A stretch of 63,359 nucleotides of DNA, the filler included, from Bigelowiella natans CCMP2755 (Eukaryota; Protista; Cercozoa): assembly GCA_000320545.1 (NCBI GenBank). It is 9 parts of 9 records of this genome, joined end to end, with 100 filler letters (N's around TTAATTAATTAA, not from the genome) between each part and the next. Parts side by side here need not be neighbours in the genome. Positions count along the whole stretch, not along the records: positions 36,709 to 40,553 come from ADNK01001355.1; positions 40,654 to 52,182 come from ADNK01000991.1; 7 more parts are not named here. One strand, given 5' to 3'. This document shows positions 38,343 through 47,557 of this stretch, piece by piece. The notes beneath the pieces were generated by a model. The model saw nothing but the letters and a program-made list of their open reading frames with translations. It did not search any database and was not told the origin of the DNA. Numbering within the stretch: the stretch's first letter is position 1; each line of letters opens with the position of its first letter. Made by a program: the position numbers and the translations under genes.

Positions 38343-39252
38343 AGCTAGCTAGCTATGCTAGGTTGTGACTCAGCAAACTAAGCAACACTCTTTTCTAGCT
38401 AGCTAGCTTCGCATCCCTCTGCGAGGGGGATGGCTAGATGGATTTTCTTCCTGTGAATCTAGCTAGCTAGATGCGAAAGCCCAACATCTGCACAGTCAAG
38501 GTGTGGCCTCATCAACCTGCTGTGTGTGCTAAATGTGCTTCATTCATGTCTAGTTGATGTTGCGTGCTAGCATGGCGATTCGCGCTTGAACTAGTCTAGT
38601 AGTGAACATGTCACACACAGCTAGACAGATTTAGATGTTCCACCACCTACTAGCCTAGTCATCTCTAGCATATCCATCTTTACTAGTTTAGTCTAGTAGT
38701 GGGGCCGCACATCTCTGGATCCACACATGAACGTCTAGACGTCTATAGACGCTAGGACGTCTAGACGTGCTAGCTAGCCCGCCATTTAGCTCTAGAGCTA
38801 CAGCTCATAGCTCTAGAAATAGCCATGCTAACATGCACCACTAGACCACTTGCTAGCTTGCGTCGATCTATCTAGCTCTAGAGCTATGGCCGGAACTTTC
38901 TCAGTTGATCTAGAGATGCTTTAGTGTTAGATATGTGTGCACGTACGTGGAACAGAATCTAGAGAATCATGAATGATGCGTGTGATAATCTAGTGATGGC
39001 AGAGTTGATAACCTCTAGACCTCAGGATCTAGTCACATGGAAGCAGGTCTAGAAACATCTGAACGTCTAGCGCGAGCATTGCACGCGCTGGCTGCAGTGA
39101 ATTCGTACAAGGATTTTAGGTCTTCGTTCACTGCTGAGCTGCACTAGTACAACGCTAGAACGTGGGAGCGTTGCTCAGGGCATTTTCATGTTGCACGTCT
39201 AAATTTGCACATTGATCGCAGCTACCCCCTCTGAAGGCACACCAAAGGCCTG

Positions 39253-40270
39253 CTAGCTAAAGTCCGGCATGAGGTAGCGCTTTTTGCTCATTTTCGAGGC
39301 ATCTGTTTGATCCTCGCTTGACCACCACGACGGCAGTTTTCCGCCGAAGATGCCCTTGGCTGCCTTGGCGCGTGAGTTGTCACTATCTAATATGTCATCG
39401 AGAAGGTCCCTGATCACACACACACACGCTTCAAATCGGCGCCAACTCCGAATTTGTAATAATATGGGCGCATAGTCCCCTGAAACACTCTCTCGACGGG
39501 ATCCACGGTTTGGTCCGCATCGGCGCCGACGAAATGAACCCTACCCTCCCTCCCCTCTTCCTCCGAAATACGCCACCATAAAACAGCGCGCACACCTACC
39601 TCAGCTTTGCCTGGAACTTGCAGCGGTTGGCGTGGAAGGTGGGGTCAGCACTGTACACAAACATCCTCACGCACGAGGCGCGGAGGAATACGTCCGGGTT
39701 CACGGTGATCCGAACTTGGCCCGATTTCTGCCCCCCCTGGATAGGTACTCCCCCAAAGGGTTCCGCTTGTTGTCGGGCACGCCATAGGGGAAGGCCGGGT
39801 AGACGTACTTATCGATGAGCTCTCTGCGGACAAAGATCTGGAGCAAATGCCCCGCCCTCCCCGACTTGCACATCTTGCCGCCGTGCCCGCGTGCATCGAG
39901 GCCCTATTGTAAGTGCGAGGTGCGATGGGGTCAGTAAGCCAGGGGGAGGGGGGGGGGGGGGCACATAATAGGCGGGGAAAATATCGTTGACGACATCTCT
40001 CTATTCCTTCCACACACACAAAGGGGTTGGAGTGTCACAAAGTGGCGTCGCGGATTTCCCAAACACATCTACCCCTTTAATATGCGTATCGTCAGAGACT
40101 ACTCTATTGCGGCGCGAAAGGAGGAGCAGGCAGCAGGGCGGGATCCTTACGTATTTCTCCGCCAGTTTGATCATCTTTTTGGCAAGGGCGTTGACTTGCT
40201 TCTTCGGCACGCCGCACGCAGCGAGCAGCCGCTCTAATATCCCCGGGAGGGGGCCGACACTGTACCTAAA
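39253..40270 (-). CDS. Hypothetical protein, 3' exons
   Basis: Spliced minus-strand reading ...GHLLQIFVRRELIDKYVYPAFPYGVP...GQVRITVNPDVFL...YSADPTFH...IFGGKLPSWW...PDFS-stop. Confidence 0.55.
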
Positions 40271-40653
40271 CGGCGTCAGCCAAAGCAACACAAAATGCAA
40301 AAACACGCAGGTTTCATATCAGGAAACACCGCGCGCTACGCAGCGCTGCTGGCTTCCCACGATGAGGAAAACCGGGAAAAAAACGGGAGGGGAGGGAAGG
40401 GGGGGGGGGGGGGGAATTAAGGAAAAGCCCAATTGTAAAAAAAGGCCCCTCTTCGTGGGTTAAGGTTTAAAGACCGCGAAATACCCTATTTCAACACCAT
40501 ATATGGGGGGGCTTCCCAATAGTGTGGCAAAATGAAGTCCTAGCCTAAATGGCNNNNNNNNNNNNNNNNNNNNNNNNNNNNNNNNNNNNNNNNNNNNTTA
40601 ATTAATTAANNNNNNNNNNNNNNNNNNNNNNNNNNNNNNNNNNNNNNNNNNNN

Positions 40654-40691
<38 letters not shown>

Positions 40692-41075
40692 TACCCTGCC
40701 TCCAGAAAGATAGGGGGGGCGAGCATCACGAAGAACGATTCCTGGTTGAACTCCAGCAGCATCATTTCCTCGTTCTCTCCTAAGTAGAGCGAGGCCACCA
40801 GCCCGACCGCCATTCCGAAGATCATAATGGCGAGGTGCTCCAGCAGGTAGCGCTGCCCCGAGGCCTGACCATATATTCACTACTAAACGCCGACGTTACC
40901 GCCCAGGGGTCACATAAAAATATCCTACCGTCAGCATGCAGCATAGCACCAGGATGGAGAGAATACTGATAACCGCCTTGCTATGCATGTCACCGGTCTG
41001 GCTGCTGCTGCGTGCCTCCGATGAAGGCGGGGATGACGTAGGGCGGGGTCAGGGAGAGCGCAGATGAAGAGCTAA
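40692..41075 (-). CDS. Na+/H+ exchanger (CPA1/SLC9/NHX family), 5' exons
   Basis: YLLEHLAIMIFGMAVG...FNQESFFVMLAPPIFLEAGY matches the NHE 'FF..LLPPIIF.AGY' motif; truncated by the gap. Confidence 0.8.
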
Positions 41076-41760
41076 ACAGAGTGATTCTTATTCGTTCTCT
41101 GCACGCTTTCAGACCAGAGGGCATCCTCCGACAGCAGGAAATGACTATAATAAATTTTGTTTTTTACATGCGACAACAAAAATATTCTGTCGTAACAATA
41201 ATTGTGCGAACTCAGGCCGTAGAACACGTGCTCTTGTAGTTTTTTGACAGGGTTCTGCCTTAAAGATTGATGCGGATTTTGTGAGGATGATGAGATTTTT
41301 ACATTACGACAACAAATATTACATGTCGATATGCAAAAATATGTCTCGAATTAGGAGACTTTAAGAACCGATGAGAACATTTTGTCCGTCCATTGCCCAA
41401 ATTCCACAATGGCCCCTACGGCCCTCCCAGCTCTCTCCATAGCTCTCTGCACTTCGCTTCAGTGACGCTAGGCGTTGAACAGTTTCGTAAGATGGAATAC
41501 GACATTTCTAGGTAGGTAGCCACATTGCCCCCCGACTCATTCGAACAATGATGCACAAATCACGGACGAACACGTTGTCCAGACGTGCACACGTCTGGAT
41601 GCAAACAGAAGCTTGTGCATGGACCGTGGCTCAGCGAAACCGCACTGAGACAGAGATCGAGCTTTCTTTTTTTCTTGCAAATTGTCAAGACGCGGCTCGT
41701 CGTGATGCTCACTTCCATTGTTGGAATGCACAGAATCTCACGGATCAGTGACACCGCACC

Positions 41761-42086
41761 TGTAGCGCGTACCACTACGCGGGCACAAGTCACGTGCGAC
41801 AACAAAGGGGTTGTCGCGGATATAGAATATAGATAACGTAGATATTAATACAGCATAGGCACGTGGGTTCCGGCGGGACTCATGGCAGCACACCGGAAGT
41901 GTGCTGCCCCACGTGCGGCGGCATTCGCGAAAGCTTCGCGAATGATTACGCAGTGCACGATTTAATAAAAATATAATCTTTAATAAAAATAAACACAACT
42001 CTTCAAAAGGAAGCAAACGTGCCTTTCCCCCCCCCTGCCTACTTGTGCACGTAGCGCCTCGGCCTGTGAACACCTTACGCGCAACA
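41761..42086 (+). repeat. 5' LTR of gypsy-like element
   Basis: TGTAGCGCGT...ACGCGCAACA (9/10 terminal inverted repeat); identical to 45325-45650. Confidence 0.95.
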
Positions 42087-42091
42087 ACCTT

Positions 42092-42109
42092 TGGCTTCCA
42101 CACACGGGA
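42092..42109 (+). promoter_or_regulatory. Primer-binding site (tRNA 3' end complement, Glu/Asp-like)
   Basis: TGG-initiated 18-mer 5 nt after the LTR; its reverse complement TCCCGTGTGTGGAAGCCA resembles a tRNA 3' end. tRNA identity is uncertain. Confidence 0.65.
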
Positions 42110-42125
42110 AACGATTTGACTAACA

Positions 42126-43568
42126 ATGTCACAGCAGCTAGAAGAACAGCAGGACTTTGGCTCGCAGGCCGTGCAAGGGCACGAGCAGAAACAGGAAAGG
42201 AAGGGCGATACGGACGCTAAGGAAGGAGGAGGAACACCTCCACAGGCACCGCCGGGACCAGCACCCGGGATTAAGAAAGCAGATGCAGCAGCAGAGGCAC
42301 TGGAGAACTTCTACGAGGCGGACGACGAGGACGTGGCCGCCGAAAGCAAGAAGGTCGTAATGGCATTACGAGCCTTGCGACCCAGGGCGAGCAACTACGC
42401 CAAACTGAAAGTATCGATAGAATACAAGTATCAGACACATGATGTTTGGGCAGCTATCATGCAGGACATCATGGATTACGAAGCAGACTTACCTCCAGAG
42501 TGGGCAGCTTTGTTTAGGAACGACGGGGGTCTGGGCGCCTCGCGGGGGACGACCCAGAGCACCGTCAAGCAGCAGCAGCCGGTACAGCGGAACACCCAGT
42601 TCATGTCTGTTAAAACAGCACCGGTTATGATAACGAAATACAACGGGAAAAGAGGTGAGGCAAGGAGGTGGTGGAAGAACGCTAGGAGTATACTCTGCGA
42701 CTTTACCCCTAACCCCACCGAAAACGACAAGCTCAAATGGCTAGCTATAATAAAGCAAGCCATGGACCTTTACGAGACAGGCAGGACCCGGATCAGGCAG
42801 CTAGAGAAAATACACACTACAGTTAGTGGGCTACGAGACGTTGAGGCGATAATGAAGGCTTTTGTAAATGAACAGGATGCTAACTCCCTACCCCAGGCTA
42901 TTAGAAAATACAGAGCAATGATGCAGCATGAGAGAGAACCTGTTAGAGACTTTGCCACGCGCTTCCAGGATATGATCGACGAACTACATGATTTTAATTA
43001 CAACACAGGTGATGATCAGGCAAGGTTTGAAGAGTTCAAGTTAAAGATAAAGGAATCCACTTACGTTACGGAGAAAGGCTACACCACGATGGAGGCAGCA
43101 GTGCAGGCTATATCCCTACGCGAGCAGGAGCAGGACCGCAAGTTTACCAGCCCTAAGGTACCTGGCATAGGAAACATTAACGCTATTAAGCCGCAGCGAG
43201 ACTGGTACAAGGACAGGGAAGGTAACCGACGTTGCGGATACTGCTCACGTAAAGGGAAACACACCGCTAAAGACTGCAGAGACAGGAAAGAAGGACGACC
43301 CAGGATGACGATCAGGCAGCTCAACGAACACTACGAGAAGTTAAAGAGAAAGAAAGGCAGAGGACAAGGATATAACAACAGCAAATGGCAAGGCAGCAAC
43401 AACGGGAAGAACAATAAATATAAGAACAAAAAGCAGAACAGTATCAATGCTATACAGCAGCAGATAAACGGAATATTAGATCACCTTAAGCAGGCGCCGA
43501 CGAAGACAGCAGTACCAGCAACGCAGGACCAAGACAAGCCCATGACCCTAGACGACATAAGAACTTAG
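42126..43568 (+). CDS. Gag-like protein, 480 aa
   Basis: KYNGKRGEARRWW, QHEREPVRDFATRF (gypsy Gag motif Q..E.V..F..RF), Zn knuckle CGYCSRKGKHTAKDC. Confidence 0.88.
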   Translation: MSQQLEEQQDFGSQAVQGHEQKQERKGDTDAKEGGGTPPQAPPGPAPGIKKADAAAEALENFYEADDEDVAAESKKVVMALRALRPRASNYAKLKVSIEYKYQTHDVWAAIMQDIMDYEADLPPEWAALFRNDGGLGASRGTTQSTVKQQQPVQRNTQFMSVKTAPVMITKYNGKRGEARRWWKNARSILCDFTPNPTENDKLKWLAIIKQAMDLYETGRTRIRQLEKIHTTVSGLRDVEAIMKAFVNEQDANSLPQAIRKYRAMMQHEREPVRDFATRFQDMIDELHDFNYNTGDDQARFEEFKLKIKESTYVTEKGYTTMEAAVQAISLREQEQDRKFTSPKVPGIGNINAIKPQRDWYKDREGNRRCGYCSRKGKHTAKDCRDRKEGRPRMTIRQLNEHYEKLKRKKGRGQGYNNSKWQGSNNGKNNKYKNKKQNSINAIQQQINGILDHLKQAPTKTAVPATQDQDKPMTLDDIRT

Positions 43569-44041
43569 GAGTATGCAACATTAATGACGAAGACGCTAAC
43601 AGGACTATCAAAGTTGCTATGACCAAGGTTAAAGTTAAAGACAGCTACGGAGACTACAAGAAACTACCTGCCCTTTGGGATAGTGGCAGCATGCCGAAGT
43701 CCTTCATAAGCCTAAGCACAGTAAGAAGGTTAGGACTATTGGATCAAGTGACTAAGAAAGAACGTAAATATGCTCAAGCAGACGGAAGCTCTTCCATGAA
43801 GACCGTCGGTGAGCTAATGCTAAAGCTACAGATACCTGGCAGCGACGCGGAGACCCAAATCAAGACCCGAGTAGCCATGACTTTATCCATGGAACTACTC
43901 CTCGGACAGGATGCCCTAGAAAAATTAGGGGGGATCATATCATTCTACAATCACAAGATATACTTTGCTAAGTTGCCAAAGAAGTCAGGCAGGACCATCA
44001 GCCAGAACATGATACGGCTTGACGAGTGGACCTCAGGGTGA
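43490..44041 (+). CDS. Retroviral-type aspartic protease (in the -1 frame, overlapping gag)
   Basis: ALWDSGS active site, QADGS flap, LLLGQDAL motif; frame is open from 43490, first ATG at 43619. Confidence 0.9.
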   Translation, partial: AGADEDSSTSNAGPRQAHDPRRHKNLGVCNINDEDANRTIKVAMTKVKVKDSYGDYKKLPALWDSGSMPKSFISLSTVRRLGLLDQVTKKERKYAQADGSSSMKTVGELMLKLQIPGSDAETQIKTRVAMTLSMELLLGQDALEKLGGIISFYNHKIYFAKLPKKSGRTISQNMIRLDEWTSG

Positions 44042-45273
44042 ACGACGATTGGCGCTACTGGCCCTACAAGCTAAAAGAGATAAGGACATACCTGCGTGGC
44101 TGCAGGTGCTCCAGCTTGAAGGCGGCAGGCGTCGCCACCAAGGAGTCCAGCAAGAGCCGTGCATCTAAGAAAATCAAAGCAAGGAACTTCTTAGATATCG
44201 TGCAAATTGATGTTTATAAGTACGATGGCTATCACTACCTTACCTTCGTTGATGTGGCCACTGGAAAGTGCTGGGTTAAAAAGATTATCAAGGTCAACGT
44301 TGCTAAGAAGAACAAAGGCTTATATAAGCAGAGGCTTACTAACTGCTACCGTACCTGGGAGTCTGAGCTCCAGGCTATCCCTGATGAAGTTAGCATAAAC
44401 AAGATACCAAAGAAGTTACATGTGGATAATGAGACCTCTCTTCTACAGCTACCACACCCTAATATTGATGCCTCACCTGTATACTATGCCCAGTCCAACT
44501 CCAAGGTAGAGCGACTCCACCGCACCTTGGCCAACCTAAGCAGGATAAATAGCACCACACCAGACAAGATACAAGGGTTAGTAAACGACACCTTCACGTC
44601 TGGGGGAGGTATCAAGGATAAGGAGAGGGAAGAAGGCGACGACAACGACGACGATACCGAGAGCGAAGACGAGAAGGTCCCGTACGATGGCCGAGTTCTA
44701 AAGGAAGGACAGTATGTTAGGGCCAAGGTAAATCTGAGATCGAGAAATAAACAAGACCCCTTCTGGGGTGGCGTTGCAAAGGTTACCGAGAGGAAGGGGA
44801 GGAAGCAGTACTACATCTATGATGGGAACAGGGTCACCTTGCGCCACATCAGTCACCTAAAGAATTATGATATCGGTGAGAAGCTCCTAGAGGATGTTAA
44901 AGTAAACCCTACTGTGTGGGAGCGAGCAATGCCTTGTTTAGGACCCCGACCTAAGTTCGATGTGGAATATGGAAACAATAAGGTCAGGGTGAACGACGAT
45001 TGGCGCATGAAGATTGTCTATCTAGGCTACCCTGGATTACGAAATATGGAGAGGGTAGCTATGAAAATAAAGGACGGAAAATATCAGCTACTCTACCTAG
45101 CTGTTCCCGACTTACCCTTTGAGCACTGGTATAAGGTCCTGGGGGACCTTGATGCAGAGGGCTGGTATGGACACGAACCTAAGGACGAAGGTGAGTTCTG
45201 GGTAAGCGACAAAGGAGATAAGGTTAGAGAGGAATCTATTACCTGGTGGTTGGTGAAGTTCCGAAAGCGATGA
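44026..45273 (+). CDS. Integrase (truncated Zn finger, DDE core, GPY/F-like region) with a C-terminal methyltransferase-like domain
   Basis: YWP...CRC, IVQID, LTFVDVAT, HVDN, QSNSKVERLHRTL; C-terminal 44890-45273 resembles Dam-type MT domains. Confidence 0.8.
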   Translation: MDLRVNDDWRYWPYKLKEIRTYLRGCRCSSLKAAGVATKESSKSRASKKIKARNFLDIVQIDVYKYDGYHYLTFVDVATGKCWVKKIIKVNVAKKNKGLYKQRLTNCYRTWESELQAIPDEVSINKIPKKLHVDNETSLLQLPHPNIDASPVYYAQSNSKVERLHRTLANLSRINSTTPDKIQGLVNDTFTSGGGIKDKEREEGDDNDDDTESEDEKVPYDGRVLKEGQYVRAKVNLRSRNKQDPFWGGVAKVTERKGRKQYYIYDGNRVTLRHISHLKNYDIGEKLLEDVKVNPTVWERAMPCLGPRPKFDVEYGNNKVRVNDDWRMKIVYLGYPGLRNMERVAMKIKDGKYQLLYLAVPDLPFEHWYKVLGDLDAEGWYGHEPKDEGEFWVSDKGDKVREESITWWLVKFRKR

Positions 45274-45324
45274 AGGTCTAAGGGAATAAGGAAGGAAGGA
45301 AGGAGCAACGTGACTTGGGGGAGG

Positions 45325-45650
45325 TGTAGCGCGTACCACTACGCGGGCACAAGTCACGTGCGACAACAAAGGGGTTGTCGCGGATATAGAATATAGATAA
45401 CGTAGATATTAATACAGCATAGGCACGTGGGTTCCGGCGGGACTCATGGCAGCACACCGGAAGTGTGCTGCCCCACGTGCGGCGGCATTCGCGAAAGCTT
45501 CGCGAATGATTACGCAGTGCACGATTTAATAAAAATATAATCTTTAATAAAAATAAACACAACTCTTCAAAAGGAAGCAAACGTGCCTTTCCCCCCCCCT
45601 GCCTACTTGTGCACGTAGCGCCTCGGCCTGTGAACACCTTACGCGCAACA
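45325..45650 (+). repeat. 3' LTR of gypsy-like element
   Basis: Identical to the 5' LTR; preceded by the PPT, followed by CACC. Confidence 0.95.
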
Positions 45651-45730
45651 CACCTGGACGTGCACACGCATGCACATCTGCGTCCACACGTCACACGCAG
45701 TGCCATCCATGTGCACATGCACACAAGCGT

Positions 45731-45768
<38 letters not shown>

Positions 45769-46333
45769 CCGGCATGGAAGAACAATGATGTGCGGGGGCG
45801 AGCACAGCTAGACGACAGGGACTCAAAGTCCACACAAGTGCACACGCACAGGGACTCAAAGTCCATGTACGAGTATAAACGAGGATCGGATGTTCTGTGT
45901 TGTGTGTGCGAGCTAGCAGCCACATTTCTAGATTTGTGTGGTGGCTGTACGATGCGAGTTTCTTAGTTTTACATGCGATGCGCGCGCTAGATTTGTGCGC
46001 TGTTCGCTAGCTGCGCTGCAGCAACATCTACATGTGTACAGATGCAGGATTGCACATTTAGCAGAATCTGCCTGCCTTTTACACATTTGAGCATTTTCGT
46101 GGTATTTTCGTGGCATTTTCGTGAACATAATACCATGAAAAATTCGCGAAATTTTCGAAATGACAAGCAATTTTATTTCAACGTGCATGTACAATCCACT
46201 CTAGCATCGCCAGCGTACACATAACGACTAATAAGATTCCCGTTCTTCTGCAGCTGATCCCCACACAAATTACAACAGTCGTGAGTAACTGACTCAAAAT
46301 TACCTACTCACAAGTCCCTTTTGAAGTGGAAGA

Positions 46334-46492
46334 TCAATGCTCGCCATCGTGGATTGCCTTCTTAATCTGCTGCACTGCCCGACCTGGGTTTAGACCCTTG
46401 GGGCAAGTGTTGGTGCAGTTGAAGATGGTCTTACATCTATAGAGCTTAAAACTGTCATCTAAATTTTCCAACCGTGCCTGGGTATCACCTAG

Positions 46493-46527
<35 letters not shown>

Positions 46528-46593
46528 AATATACTTGTGTATGTGGGTGTGTATTTTTTACAGATACTACTTTTCTATTCTACTTGCTTTAAG

Positions 46594-46636
<43 letters not shown>

Positions 46637-47557
46637 AGATGAAAGGTATATTTAAACAGTCAGTGATATTTTAAGCTCCTAGTAGATTACCATCACGACT
46701 GTCAGCAATCCAGCGATAGGCTTGCATGAGCACAGCAGGGCCTAAATATTTGTCTCCATTCCACCAATAACTTGGACAGGAAGTGCTACAACAGGCACAT
46801 AGGATACACTCGTACATCCCGTCCAGAAGCTTGCGATCCTCCTTAGTTTGCAGATACTCCCCATCCCTAAAATTTGTACACCCAGAACCAAATTTATCGG
46901 TGCATGGATTCGCAAGAGGGGTACTTAACTTCGAAAATTACTACGATGCAAGGGATTTAAAAGTAATTAAAGTTGGGTATATTACTGGGCCTTTGGAGAA
47001 CTCTCGGCCGGCTGTAACCATGGCTTGATCGACTTGTACTGCTGATAGAAGTTGTTGAGGTCTGGAACGAGATCCTTGATGACCTCCATGTGAGGAAGTG
47101 GATAAATTTTTGTAGGCTTTCCGTTGTCTTCGATCTTGGACAGGCACGCAAGGTTGTTTCCCCCGTCAATATTCATCGCGCAGGAGCCGCAGATACCTTT
47201 TTGATAAAAGAAATGGGATAATACCCGCATGCATTGTGATTTGTGAGTTCCGATACGCATGAAAATATATTGCCTACCCTCACGACAAGATCGGCGGAAA
47301 GTGAGCGTTGGATCAACTTCGTTCTTGATCTTGATTAGGGCGTCAAGAACCATAGGTCCGCACTCCTTGAGGTCGAGGTCGTAGGATTGCATTTTTGGCT
47401 CTCCTCCTTCATCCGGGTTCCAACGATAAATTTCAAATGTTTTCGTAGACATAGCTCGCCTATAGAATGACGGACGCGGGGCTCCGTTTCTGGCCACTGC
47501 TCTCATTCCTCCCACCAGCCTCTTGCTGAAGGTTGTGGAAAGGAGGGACGCCATCAT
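46334..47557 (-). CDS. SDHB: Succinate dehydrogenase iron-sulfur subunit (complex II), multi-exon
   Basis: Mitochondrial-type leader, [78 protein letters not shown]. Confidence 0.97.

Larger units (their letters stand above)
41761..45650 (+). mobile_element. Ty3/gypsy-like LTR element lacking reverse transcriptase/RNase H (non-autonomous), recent insertion
   Basis: Identical 326-bp TG...CA LTRs (41761-42086, 45325-45650); 4-bp TSD CACC; PBS TGGCTTCCACACACGGGA; PPT GGGGGAGG; gag, protease and integrase ORFs only. Confidence 0.93.

Noticed and set aside
43564-43569. CTTAGG as a Ty1-type +1 frameshift site
   Set aside because: In the gag frame it reads ACT TAG, and the protease lies in the -1 frame, not +1.
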